Shown here piece by piece: positions 1 through 12,953 of a stretch of 64,000 bases of DNA. A program made the translations under genes and the position numbers. The notes under the pieces are model-generated. The model was not told the DNA's origin. It searched no databases and saw only the letters and a list, made by a program, of their open reading frames with translations. Each line of letters opens with the position of its first letter. The stretch's first letter is position 1. This DNA is from Octopus vulgaris. Taxonomy: Eukaryota. The stretch is taken from the NCBI GenBank assembly GCA_951406725.2, contig OX597816.1, positions 174,468,001 through 174,532,000 on the forward strand. The letters run 5' to 3'.

Positions 1-1404
1 TTGCTAAAATTATCTTAGACAGAAGTTACATACTCATAAATAGTATTAAATATGATACATGTTGAGTGAAAGTAAGATATTTATTGATACGTCATTGACC
101 CGCATAACATCTACATAAAATATTTGCCATTAGCACATATGGTCCTCATAAGAGAGATTTTACCATTGCATTGAGAAAAACAAAGCATAATGCAAAAGTT
201 CCCTTGTTGAACTATGATAATAGAAACCAGAGTTTATCAAAGGAAATTTTCTGTAACATTGAGCAGGTTTTAATGTCTGCATGGAGGCTACCTCATTGGT
301 TCATGCATCAAATCTAAGTATCAGAGAATTTACTTCTATTTTGCAATATTTATGACATGCTAAGTGGATCAATAACAATAATGATTTATTTTCAGCTTGT
401 TAAATATAAAGAAAGGGAACAAATCAATGAGGAAACCTTTATATGGTTTCTTGGGCAGCGAGAAATAGCAGCCAAGGTTCCTTTAAATAGTACACAATCA
501 CTTGAAAAATATAGGATTGAATAATGTAGTCCATTGAATAATATAGGCCAATTTAAACAAAGGCCAAGTTAAACAAAGGCCAAGATAAACAAAGATAATT
601 TCTGGAATGTCTTTCATCAAGGCTAAAAGGTGAAACAAAACAAGGAAAGCCCAATGTGAAGTTGTAATACTCATATTTTTCCTAAGGTCTTAAATACACG
701 AGTAAAATTATTTTCATTGGAAGAGAAAAGAATTCATCAATAACATCTCACCAGTACAGAGGCAACTGGTCGATAACTAACTGGCTAATAGCCTAGCAGG
801 CAACAGCCAAATAGACAATAGTTAACTGATTATTAGCCAAATGGAAAACAGCAAAACAGATTATGGCCAAGTGGACAACAGCCAAATGAGTTGATAGCAC
901 AAGTAAGTAACAACTAACCTGGCGAACTCACAACCAAAGTAATTTGGCTTCTAGAGTTTAGTCATCAAGAGGTATAATTGTGGTTGATTAACTCCAAGTC
1001 AGCTCAAATAATAATTTCTAACATAGGTATAAAACTACAAATTGAAAGAGGTTTGTTGATTAAAGTAAGCCCAGTACTTGAATTATTTCCTTGACATTAA
1101 AAGATGAAAGACAAAATTGACCTCAGCAAGATTTGAACTCAGAGCATAAAGATCAAAAATAAATATCATTAGGTATTTTTACCAATGTTCTTGAGCGAAC
1201 GATCATAATTGGTAAGGTGAACGGTAGACGTAAAAGAGGCAGACCACCCACTTCTTGGCTGAAAGTCATCACAGCCACAGGATTGTCTTTATTCTCAGCT
1301 GTCCATGGGGTGGGGGACAGGAGAAGGTAGAAAGACATCGTGATGACCACAGCATCGCATAGTGCGGCACCTGATTAGGATGATAATGATGGTGGTGTTA
1401 AAGA

Positions 1405-1975
1405 TAAGACAGACAGAGAAAAAAGATGGTTGTGGATGACTAAAAGAGATTTAAAACCAGAAACGGAGGCGCTAATCTGTGCTACCCAAGAACAAGCACT
1501 AAGAACAAACTACATAAAATACAGAATAGACAACACATCAGAAAGTGATAAGTGCAGAATTTGTAGACAAAATGGTGAAACCGTATGGCATATTACCAGT
1601 CAATGTACACCACTAGTCCAGAAAGAATATAAGAGACACTACAACAATATAGCAAGGCTTGTCCATTGGACACTTTGAAACTAGTATGGACTTGACAGAG
1701 GTAAAAAATTGGTAGGACCACAAACCCGAAAACATCATCATAAATGATAATGCAAAGATCCTATGGGATTTTATGATTCAGTGCGACCATGAGATAGAGA
1801 ATAGGAAGCCAGACAGTCTTAATTGAGAAAGAAACCAAACTATGCTGGATTATAGATATAGCATGCCCAGCTGACAACAAGGTATACGATAAGGAAGAAA
1901 GAAAAGTTGATAGGTATGACTGGTTAGCTTGAGAGGTAAAGCAGTTGTGGTCGGTGAAAAGGTGGTAGTAGTAGG
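1405..1975 (+). mobile_element. R4/Dong-like non-LTR retrotransposon 3' fragment (CCHC knuckle plus restriction-like endonuclease), decayed
   Basis: Translates to LKPETEALICATQEQALRTNY...CRIC...ETVWHITSQC, then KILWDFMIQCDHEIENRKPD and IIDIACPAD (PD..D RLE motif) across stops and frameshifts. Confidence 0.8.
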
Positions 1976-3083
1976 ATGAAAGGTAAAGTCAACCTTGACA
2001 GAATTTGAACCCAGACAAAATATCACTAAGCATTTCACTGGCATGCTAATGATTTTAACAGCTCACCACCCAAATGATAATAATAATAATCTACTATAAT
2101 AATACTCTTGCATTTTTCTCCGTCACAACATATGAATGAGAAAGGAAGGGATGATAAGTGAATAAGGAAGGAAGGAAGAGGTGATGGCAAACTTGGTAGG
2201 AGGATGATGGAAATTCTACAGTGAAAATAAATCAAACAACACTTCAACTTTGTGTGAGTATATGTGTGTGTATGTAAAAGGCAGGTAAGTGAATGTGTGT
2301 GTGTGTGTGTTTGCACGCAATGGAAGTGGGATGGTGAACATTCAGCACTGAAAAAAAAGTCAAACAGCATTTCAACTCTGTGTGAGTATATGTGTGTATG
2401 TGTGTGCATGTACATGGGAAGTATGTGAATGTATGTGTGAACCAGCATTCTTTCAGTAACAAATGATGATCGATGTCACATCTCAAAAAACAACCATTAG
2501 ATAACATTAACAAGTATATTAATTTGATTTACCATCCATATTCTATCTGTTTTGTTAAAAATAATTATTACAATCACACACACCTACACAAATATATAAA
2601 TATACAAATTCATTAGAGAAAATAATTATTACCTGAGTGTATCAAAAATATAAAACGACTGCAGTTGAAAGGTATATTATAAATTTTGGTAATAAAAGTA
2701 TCATTAAACAAAAAACTTGGTTTTGTACCTTATTTATATATAAAATACTACAGTTAGCTGTCATTTTTGATGGTTCAGGGCCAGCTGGTAATAATAATAA
2801 TGTTCATATTCATAATATATTTCCTATACTGTAATGAAACATGTGTAACGTGGAATTAAAGATACACCCAACTTTCCGGTTATTCTCTTAACAAGTACAA
2901 GATGTTGACACTTTACTGAAAAGCTTTAAAATGCATATTTAAAAGGACTGTGGAATGTCAGATTGATACACCTAACTGGTATGAACAAATCTTGCGGCTA
3001 AGAATGAAACCACCAAGTTGGCAGAAAATACCGCTAAGCATTTTTCCCAGTGTGCTAACAATTCTGTCAGCTTGCTCCTTTAA

Positions 3084-3303
3084 CCCTTTCGTTACCAGCC
3101 CGGCTGAAACCGGCTCTGGCTCTGTGGTAAAATGTCTTGTTTTCATAAGTTTTGAATTAAAATCTTCCACCAAACCTTAGTCACAATTTATGTTCCTAAC
3201 ACTAGCTGAATGATAACTGAGTTATTTTACTAAATTCTTTGTTATATATAAAGTAATTGAAAGAAACACAGAGCATCTCAAAATAAATACAGTAACGAAA
3301 GGG
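3084..3303. mobile_element. piggyBac-like MITE
   Basis: TIR CCCTTTCGTTAC / GTAACGAAAGGG, flanked by TTAA at 3080-3083 and 3304-3307. Confidence 0.85.
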
Positions 3304-3345
3304 TTAATAATAATGTTAATGATGATGATGATGATGATGATGATG

Positions 3346-3389
<44 letters not shown>

Positions 3390-3651
3390 CTAAAAACAGA
3401 AACAATTCCTATCATAGTAGGTGCATTAGGCATGATAAAAAAATATTCAGACAAATACATAACAAAAACACCAGGACTTACAAACACATATAACATACAG
3501 AAAATTGCACTACTAGGCACTACACACATCCTACGCAGGACACTTTCCATACAATAACCATCAGAGCATCACAACAAATCACAGCACATACCTAAGGCAC
3601 ACAGAGCTGCGCTCAGTAGTGAAGTGAAAGCACGCTATAAAAATAAAACTA

Positions 3652-3655
<4 letters not shown>
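3390..3655 (+). mobile_element. 5'-truncated R4/Dong-like LINE 3' end inserted in a (TAA)n tract
   Basis: Reads LKTETIPIIVGALGMIKK...IQKIALLGTTHILRRTLSIQ* (typical RLE C-terminus), followed by a short 3' UTR. (TAA)n lies on both sides. Confidence 0.8.
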
Positions 3656-3683
<28 letters not shown>

Positions 3684-3685
<2 letters not shown>

Positions 3686-4372
3686 GCCCTGATGCAGTAC
3701 CAGGCAGTGGCTCTCATGGCTTCTGATCTTAACTGATTGGAAGTGTTACCATGTACATTGTTTTGTCTTGGTATAAAAGATGGGCTATAGCAAATATTCT
3801 GCTCAATACCTCAGATTTGCTTGTCAGTTGTTTGATCTTAATCAGTTGAGCATGTCCCTTAGTGGCTGACGATATGTGCATCTCTGATCACGAGCAGAAG
3901 TAGTGGGGGAGCATCATTGCCGTGTGTTGAGAGGGATTCTTTGGGGTTTGAGTAATTCACCTCTGGAAACATGGGTGTTTCATTCAACATCCTTAAACAA
4001 CCCTTATTCAGGGACCTTTTGAGCGGATGGGTTACTCAACCAGAAGAAAATTCTAATTGGGCCCCATCTGCTAATTGGGCCCCATGTGCTGTTGATATGA
4101 GATCACCATGTTGCGCACATATGGTTGTGATGCATGTGCCTAGTGTACCCTTATCAGATGAGTAGTCATGATGGGTATATTGGGCTTCATATATTTTACC
4201 CCAGTGTCACTTTGATGGCATGCACTGCTCTCTCACTCAATAATAATAATAATAATGGTTGTGATGCATGTGCCTAGCGTATCCTTATCAGACAGGTAAT
4301 CATGATGGGTATATTGGGCTTCATATATTTTACCCCAGTGTCACTTTGATAGCATGCACTGCTCTCTCACTC

Positions 4373-4403
<31 letters not shown>

Positions 4404-4530
4404 GTTGTGATGCATGTGCCTAGCGTACCCTTATCAGACAGGTAATCATGATGGGTATATTGGGCTTCATATATTTGTACCTCAGTGTCACTTTGAAGGC
4501 ATGCACTGCTCTCTCATTCAATAATAACAA
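3684..4530. repeat. Non-coding repeat bounded by (TAA)n, with its terminal ~120 bp present three times
   Basis: The segment ATGGTTGTGATGCATGTGCC...GCATGCACTGCTCTCTCA occurs at ~4121, ~4255 and ~4401, each followed by (AAT)n. Confidence 0.75.
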
Positions 4531-4539
4531 TAATAATGA

Positions 4540-6500
4540 TTTCTTTTATTTGCCACTAGGGCAAAGGATGAGGGGGACAATACAAAGAAAGACATAAAGT
4601 GTAGGGATTTACATAAGACGGAATGATTATTAAGAAAAAAAAAGGTATACACAATGTACATTAGAAGAAAGGAAGTATACATAGTATACGACACTAGAAA
4701 AAGAAGAAAAAACTGATACAGGAGGACCTCTAGGGATAATCAAGGAACCCCACCATCCAAGACCACCCTGAATACCTAGGATAAGTACCCTCTCCAACTA
4801 CTGTCTTCTGACTCACAGGTCTACACCGAGAGTGGTATCATCCATTCTTGCCATTTTTGCAACTTTCACCCACCTTTTCATAAATTCACTTGAAGATAGC
4901 ACCTCCCTTTCCACCCTCACCTTCCTTTTCAAGTGAAACTTGCAAAAGTCCATGAAGGCTTTACCAAAGAGGAATGTTTCTGTCCTCGTTCCGTTCAGCC
5001 TCATCCACCAGAAAACTTCTTTGCCAGCCTGATTAAAGGAGAGCAGTGAAGCAATCATCATTATAGACTCGGCTGACAGATGGATCCATCCCACAGGCAA
5101 CAAAGTCAGCAATACCTGGACACTGAACGAGTGCATGCAGAGCAGTTTCATTGTGCTCTGCTAGCACCTCGAACAAGCCTGTCTGACAACACATCTGTGC
5201 CTGTAGAGTTTATCTTGAACTGGTAGTGCCCCCTGGTAGCACTGCCAGGCCAAAGACATCTGGAAATTATTTATAACAGTCCCTGACTGGAAAGTCCTCC
5301 AGAATATACTTGCCAGTTCATCTTCATCAACATCTAGAGTCTCTCTGAAGATGTCGTCACACTTCCCCACTACTAATCCTCTGGAAATATCTAAAGTGGA
5401 ATGTTCACTGATCCTGTTGCTTGTCTTGTAGAGGACAGTGAATGCCTGACAACATCCAAAGTGCCAGGCACCCAGTCCCATCCTATTCTTTACCTAATAC
5501 TGCAGCTCTGTCAAAGAGATGAGCTGCAGAAAGGCATGTCTCACAAGCGGAGCACACACATTCACCATCTAGAAATCACTGTAGAACGCACAACCTGAGT
5601 GCATGTCTGCACATCAAAAGCCATGGCATGCCTAAGCCACCATGCAGAGGGAGCTGACAGCAGACCAACCACCTGACCTTTGGAACGCATTCCTTCCTCA
5701 AGAAAATAAAGAGGATGCACTCCAATCTAATTAAGCAGTAACTGGAGCAAGGCACGATGGACAGATGATAAATAATGACAGAGGTGTTGTAGGTATTCGC
5801 CACTTCTGACCACCCTTTCAAGGACAACTTTCTCTCAGCCCATTTCTGGGTAAGACAGGCTACCCTGTTCATTACTTCTTCCCTATTCTTATCCACCTGG
5901 AGATCAGGATCTAACTAGACTCTGAGCAGTTCAACTGGTCCGTCAATCAATCTGCCTCTCCAGGTGCCCAGTCGCAATCCCACTGACTTGTCAGCGTTGA
6001 TTTTGGCCCCTGCAACTGACTCACATTCCTTTACAATGTTGCTGACTGTCTCCATTTCGAAGGCATCCAACAACATGACTGTGACGTCGTCCACATACAC
6101 CGACACTGCGCTCCCGAGATCAATTTCGAATGTGCAATACTAAACACACACTGATAGGTGGCCATTTACTTTGACCACTGAAAAGGTGCTGTTGTGCACT
6201 GCAGCCTCTGAAAATGGGCCCAAAACCATCCGCTTTAAGGACGGCTTCCAAGTAGGGATGATTGACCCTATCAAAAGCTTTCAACTGATTTAAATTGATC
6301 AGGGCCTCACCGAAGCCAGCTTAGTCCCAGCCCTCTCTACAATGGTGAAGGTTGTCATGAATAGACCTGCTCAGGATTGCACACATTTGTGCCTCCCCAA
6401 CCAGACTACCAACAACAAGTGCCAACCTTTTAGCTAATACCTTGGCCAAAATCTTAAATTCTGTGTTCATCAGAGTTATGTGCTAAAAATTCCCTAGGAT
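4540..6500 (-). mobile_element. Tx1/L1-clade LINE ORF2 3' half (RT and C-terminal region), decayed
   Basis: Fragments SVYVDDVTV, AKINADKS, WAERKLSLKG, GGLGMP and CSRC. A minus-strand AATAAA lies near 4545. Confidence 0.8.
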
Positions 6501-6729
6501 GTCCCCATTGCTGCTGGAAAGCTGTACACATCTGCTCAGAAACAAGTAGTATGCGTCAATCCTGATCCGTCAAAGACTTGATCGTGGTTTTCTTTCCACG
6601 TCATGTCACTACTGTTTGGGCCTATCGGATTGCTTTAGTTCCTTCATGTTTTAGCTCATGGGCATTAGTACTGACAATGCACCCTTAGTGTTGTGCCTGA
6701 AAGAAATGATCAAGGGCCATTCTCACTGT

Positions 6730-6972
6730 TGAGATGGAAAGAAAGAAGAAAAAAGAAGCATAAAAGTTCATGGTTTAACTTTCCAAAGTTATAAAAACAA
6801 GAGCATGAATCCTTAGGTGCAATCCTGCGTAGGACTTATGCTCATGGATCTATGCAGAGTTGCACCTAAGGACTTACGCTCATGGATCTATGCAGGATTG
6901 CACCTAAGGACTTACGCTCATGGATCTATGCAGGATTGCACCTAAGGACTTACGCTCATGGATCTATGCAGG
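6730..6972. repeat. Partial copy of the 16759 foldback family with a 38-bp tandem amplification
   Basis: 6730-6850 matches ~16808-16930. Unit GCACCTAAGGACTTACGCTCATGGATCTATGCAGGATT starts at 6862, 6900 and 6938. Confidence 0.85.
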
Positions 6973-7600
6973 TAGCAGTTTATGTCCCAACAGGGGCTGG
7001 AAGGCCAGATTTTTTCAGACATCTAGAAACATTCTTGGGAACGTCTTGCACGTTAGGACTAGTGGGGGACTAGCATAGTATTTTGGGCGCATGGAAGGAC
7101 TGTGTGAGTTTAGTACATAGTAGAAGGGGGTATAAAAGCCTTGGAACTTGCTCAGAACTTTCCAGCTTTCTGACAGGTACCAACTGGATTTCCCTGGTGT
7201 GCCAGTATGGCCAATGAGCAACCACAGCAAGTCATGCAGATCGTATTTAGATAAAATACTTGGTAGGTTAGAGGATAGGGATAGCATAGGTTGTCCACAA
7301 TTTAAATTGGTTGGCTACACAAATCACAAATTTGTGATATTCTGAGTTGATTTAGATAGGACCCGGTTATTGGAAGTTGAATGTGTCCTTTCTAGCTCAC
7401 AAAGACTACAGGGACCAGATTAGTGAACTAGTCAAGCGGCAGTTGATGGAAGCTATTGTCAACAACTGGTAGTGGATTGCTCTGAAGAGAACAATTACAG
7501 TAGAATTGATAGTGTTTAGTAAAGATTTAGCAGTAGAAATAAATAGATTAGAGGGAGAACTAATTAACAAACTAGAAGAGGCTATTAGTAAAGGCATCAT
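6970..7600 (+). mobile_element. Tx1-like LINE AP-endonuclease fragment, opposite orientation to its neighbours
   Basis: VAVYVPTGAGRPDFFRHLE...LVGD and SYLDKI...TNHKFV are homologous to the minus-strand copy at 8242-9183. Confidence 0.8.
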
Positions 7601-9371
7601 GACATCAATCTAACTGCAGAAAACCAGTCCAAAACGGCCCGCCAGATATTGATGGTCAACGTTATCAAAGGCTTTTTACTGATCTAAATTGATGAGAGCC
7701 CCTCCCATGCCAGGTTTCTTAACCACCCTATCCACGATGTAGCACATGAGGTGAAGATTATCATGGATTGACCTGTTTGGGATGGCACATGTTTGTGCAT
7801 CCCCAACTAGTTTCTTGACGACTAGTACCAACCTCTCACTAACACTTTGGCCAAAACTTTCATGTCTGCATTAAGCAGAGGGATGGGCCTAAAATTATCT
7901 AAAACCTCTCCCTTGTTTGGATCCTTTCTCAGCAGTAGCACTGTTCCTTGGCTCACAGATTTGGTAACTTCCTCATTCTGTTGCCAGTTGCAGTAGATAT
8001 CTGCCAAGAGGCCTGCAAATGAGTCTGGCATACTAGAATAAAGCCTGTAGAGCAGACCGTCTAATCTCAGCGATTTGCTACCTGTGCAGCCCATTATCTC
8101 ATCCCACATTTCCTCAATTGTCATCAGCTTTTTGCAACACACTGCATCTCTTGCTGAGAGTTGTGACAGGCCATCGAGATAGGCAGTGAAATCCATCCTG
8201 CATTCTGGCCCACCATTCGTCCTGAACAATTCTGCAAAATGCTACTGAAAAGCCACACACATCTGCTCCAGCTCATTCACCATGTGTCCATTCTGGTCCC
8301 CCAAAGACTGAATGGTGTTTTTGTTGCCATTTTGTGGTTCAACCACCTGAGCCCATCGGGCAGCTTTGGTTCCCTCTTGTCTCAGAGCATGTGCCTTAGC
8401 TCTAACAATACAACCTTCATGCTTGACGTTGAAGTATTCATTGAGGGCTAACCTCACTGCCAGCACATCAGCTACAATGCCTTTCCTAAGCACCTCTTCT
8501 AACTTTCTCACTAAATCATCCTGTATTCTATTTCTTTCTACAGCTAAAACTTTGCTAAATCTAACCGATTCTACTTTGATGCCCCTTTTTAGGTTATACC
8601 ACCATTTATTGTTGATGATTGCCCCCATCAAAGCTTTCTGAACTAACTCTTTAATCTGGTCTCTGTAAGCTTGGCATGCCAGGAGTGACTTATTCAGCTT
8701 CCAGTAGCCGGGGCCCTGTCTATGTATGCTATCTAAGTTGACCTTACAGGTCACCAATTTATGATCTGTATAGCTGACGATTTGAAACTGTGGACAAATA
8801 ATACTATCCCTATCTAAATACTTGCAAAATACTCTATCTGGGTACAATCTGGATGTTCCGATGCAGTTTGCCCATGTCCACATTGGCACATTTGGGAAAT
8901 CCAGTCAGTACCTGTCAGACAGTTGAAAATGTCTGAGCAAGTTTGCGAGGCTTTTGCAACCCCCTTTCCTATCGGCTAGCCCCACACAATCCAATTGTGC
9001 ATCTAAAATGGTGTTGAAATTACCCACTAACACTACAGATAGGGATGTGCCCGGAAAGACCTCCAAATGCCAGAAATAGTCTGGCTGTCCTGCACCTGTC
9101 AGTGCATAAACAGCCACCAGTCTGAAGGCCCCGCTGTTACTACCATTAATGTCCAGAACCACCAGCTTACCTTCGGGGTTCAAGAAGACTTACCTTATTT
9201 TGAGATCCAGACCTTTCTGAAACAGTACCCCCAGGATCATTCCCCACCTACATGGAGATGCATAGATCTTGTAGTCATCAAAAATGGGTTTGAAAGCTTG
9301 CAGTTCAGCTAGTCTGGATTCAGTAATAGCTATTACATCTCGTAACCTGAGGTCGTTGAGTAGGTGCTCTT

Positions 9372-9794
9372 GAGTCCAGTTTGCTGGACATTGTTGTAGA
9401 GCTGAAAAAGAGGTAATTTCTACTCTCCTCCTCTGGAAGCCATCTACTCACAATACCAGAGGGCGACACTCTCCTACCCTGATGTAATCTCCTGTCCAAC
9501 AGTGATTGCATCATCCATACTCTCAACAATGCGCCCTTAAATATGGTTTCTGATTACAAATATCTTGGGTCATACATATCATCATCTGGAAAAGATTTTC
9601 TAACTAGAAAGGGTATGGCCTGGTCAGCCTGTAATGACATGCATAAGATCTGGTCATCAAATCTAAGTAGAGACTTCAAACTTGAAATCTTCAAAGCCAC
9701 AGTCGAACCAATTCTACTATATGGCTCAGAAACCTGGCATAGCATGGTAAATTCCATTGTCTCAACCACGGTCGACCAACAATGATGATGATGA
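9372..9794 (+). mobile_element. Rearranged RTE-clade LINE 3' fragment with (TGA)n tail, inserted in Tx1 ORF2
   Basis: YKYLGSYI and LLYGSETW motifs; same family as the copies at 21062 and 26249. Confidence 0.85.
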
Positions 9795-10137
9795 TTCCAA
9801 GGGGACCCCAGGCCACGTATATTTATGCAACGTATTTTGAGTATGACCATTTAAGTGGCTGGTAAGGAGAAAAAGGAAAGGACAACTTACCATTTGCACT
9901 CTGGAGTGGGAGTGTGGCAGATGTCCCACTCCTTAAGTGGGATGTGGTGGTCCCCATAACCAAGAATCTCCAGGACGCTTTTGTGTTGAAGCCTGCAACT
10001 GCCTGTAAAAATTTGGATTTTATGTTGTTGTATGTATGTTGCGATGTTCAAAGTATCTGTATGTGTGGTAGCAGTGTGTTATCCACGGGGGAAACAAAAT
10101 CAGTCATTTTGATGTCTGTATTTTACTTTATAATGTA

Positions 10138-10531
10138 CTAGCAGTATCGCCCAGCGTTGCTCGGGTTTGTAAGGGAAATAACTATATAAGCATTTTTAGA
10201 GATGTAAAGTATAATAGCCATCTCAATATGGCTAACCACAAAGGGGGGGGTACTGTAGCTTTTTATGTTCTGAGATTTAATAATAAATTTTTAGAGAGTT
10301 ACTTCCCTTATATATGCCAAAAATGCATTAAAAATGGGAAAAATTGATGGTAAATTATTTTTAAAATCGTAGACTCATCGTAGACGTGCGCTAATACCCA
10401 GAAGGGCTCGATATGAATCACGACTATAAGATACCCGGTTTTGGTTAAACTGCACCGCAAAATGTGGGAGTAGTTAGGAATCTAAATCGTAGGAGACAGA
10501 CAGCACACAACCTCACTTTTATATATAAAGA
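10138..10531 (-). mobile_element. Non-autonomous Helitron (family H1)
   Basis: In element orientation A|TCTTTATATATAAAAG...CCCGAGCAACGCTGGG hairpin...CTAG|T, with no TSD. Confidence 0.85.
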
Positions 10532-12439
10532 TAGTAAGTTTGTGCTGTCTGTGTTTATGGCAGTGAGTTTTGTGGTGTTTTTGTTGTTTTCGATTACTTT
10601 ATATGTTGACTCTGTTGTGCCTTGTACTGTTGGCTGTGTCTATGGTGTTGGTAGTGGTGGTGTTGGCGAAGGTGTTGAAAACATGGTGGATGCTGGTGTG
10701 TTGTTGCTGTTGTTATTTTGGGGTGATTTTCATTGCTTTTTTTGGCAGGTGCAGCTTCTTTATTTATTGGTATACTGTTGTGCCTTTTTCTTAGTCTTTT
10801 ACATGTGACTTCTGTCCACTCAGTTCTGTCAGCCTCTCCACATGACATGTCTGAGTGGTCAGAGTCAGGAAGGGGTAGTTCCAGCAGGTTGAAATTTGCT
10901 GATGTTTTTTGTTCCTCTGGCAAGAGCTGCATTGTTGGTGTTTTTGTAGGCGATGTGGTAGTGGTTGTTATCTGTGCCTCTGTTGTTGTTGGTATTGTTG
11001 TCTCTCATGTAGTTGTTGTTGTTGGTGGTGGTGGTGGTGATGGTGGTGGTATTTTGGCTGGATCCCTCTCTGACTTCTTTTCTTGGGGTTTCTTCTCTTG
11101 TTTTTGCTGCTTCTGTAGTTGGGGTTGCTTCAGTTGTTGTGGTGTGGGTGGTGCTTGTATCAAGGGAGTAGTGCACTCCTTCTGTCTTAGTTGTGGGAAG
11201 AAGGCTTTCAGGTGGTTATTCTGTCTGCATTGATAACATCTTGGCCTTCTGCCCACAAGTTTGATGTGCCATCTGGAAGGCTGAGTTAGTTAGGAATTTG
11301 TTCCAAAATGTCTTGTTTTATTTGAACCATTATTTGCAATTCCTGACCAGTCCAGTTGTTTTTTCCTTGTTTCTCAACTTGGATGATTCTGATTTTATCT
11401 TCCAAGTCAAGGAGAATGGCTGCAACAATCCAGCAAGCATTCATTTCTGGTGGTATCATCAGTATGTTTATCTTGGTGACACACCGTCCCAAGTATGTTG
11501 GAACTAGGACGAGTTCACTGTTTCTCAGCTGGGCTGTTGAGTGCTGTTTTGCTACATCTTCTGTAGCAAATCTGACTTCAGCTGTGCCATATTTCTTACC
11601 CCTCAACAGATATGTTACTTCATTCCAAATTGTTGCAAGCAGTTGAAAAATGCTTGCTTTGTGGCAGTTTCTAAAACTCTATTTTTTTAAAGATATAGTT
11701 TTGTATACTATGGTACGTTTGTTTGTATTGTCTATAATATCTGTAGGTGTGTTTATCAAAACACATCTTTCACTTTTTCTTTTTAACATGTTTCTGTAGT
11801 CTTTGAGAGTTTCTACAGAAACATTAATGAATTCATTTCTAAGTTTTGCCATTGAAGCAACAGCTCGACTGTTTAATGCATTGGGTTGTTGTTGTTGTTG
11901 CTGAGTGTTCAATGTGTTAGTGTTAGTGGTGGTCGTGGGATGGCTTGGATTCACAGGTGTTGTGATGCTAGCAGCATCCTCAATCTCCAAATACCCTAAA
12001 TAACATTGTGGTTTACATTTGAACAAGACAGTTATAGAGCAAATAATTATGGTGGATGTTTTGGCAGAGGTGAATGCCAAGGATTTCTGAAGCTATGACT
12101 ACTATCACTATTTACTACTACCATTACTACCAGTTCTATTACTACTGTCACAACTTCTAATAACAATTTCTCACATAGGTACAAGACCAGAAATTGTTAT
12201 CAGGAGATGGGTAGATAAAACGTAATTAGATCAAGGATAAAACTTGACTGCTACTTATTTTATCAACCCTGGAAAAATGAAAGAGAAACTCAATGTTTAT
12301 AGGATTTGAATTTGAACTGTAATGGTTCATAATAATAATGACAATAATAATCGTACCACTAATCTGACTGTTAATTTTGAGTACAACCAACAACACCCCT
12401 ACTACTAATACTGTTGTCATTATTAGTACTATTCTAAAC

Positions 12440-12845
12440 ACTTAGCAGCATTTCATCCGTCTGCATATCCTGAGTTCAAATACTGCCAAGGTTAACTTTG
12501 CCTTTCGTCCTTTTGGGGTTTGATAAAATAAGTACCAGTTGAGTACTGGGGTTGATGTAATTGACTTCCCCCTTCCCCCAAATTCAGGCTTTGTGCCTAT
12601 AGTAGAAAAGATTATTAGTATTATTCTTCAGGCAGCAAGCTGCCAGAATTGTTAGCACACCAGACAAAATGCTTAGTGGCATTTCGTCTGTCTTTATGTT
12701 CTGAGTTCAAATTCTATTGAGATCAACTTTGCCTTTCAGTCTTTCAGAGTCAATAAAATAAGTACCAGCTGAGTACTGGGATCGATGTAATCAATTTACC
12801 CCCTCCCCCAAAGTTGCCAACCTTGTGCCAAAATTTGAAATTATT
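12440..12845 (+). mobile_element. Two tandem Nin/Deu-domain-like SINE copies (related pieces at ~1020-1180, 12170-12320, 44500-44630)
   Basis: B-box-like GAGTTCAAAT, then a GCCTTTC...ATAAAATAAGTACCAG core and an ATT-rich tail. Confidence 0.65.
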
Positions 12846-12953
12846 ATTAGTGTTATTCTTACTCTTCTTTTTTTCATCATTAAGGTAGTGAGCCCGCCAA
12901 ATGGAAATGTAAAGACAGATGAAATGCTGTAAAACATTTCATGTTTTTACATT

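Larger units (their letters stand above)
7620..11860 (-). mobile_element. Tx1/L1-clade LINE 5' portion: ORF1 (~11852-10540) and ORF2 APE plus RT N-terminus (9850-7620), interrupted by RTE and Helitron insertions
   Basis: ORF2 starts MVILKIRCINIRGLG and continues DVIAITES, LVGNFN, TDHKLV, GPGYWKLN, NFRPIPLLNADMKVLAKVL. ORF1 has a degenerate zinc knuckle CYQCRQNNHLK. Confidence 0.8.

Noticed and set aside
2035-2513. His/Thr- or Val/Cys-rich ORFs here and at many other sites
   Set aside because: They are translations of (CA)n/(TG)n/(TA)n microsatellites.
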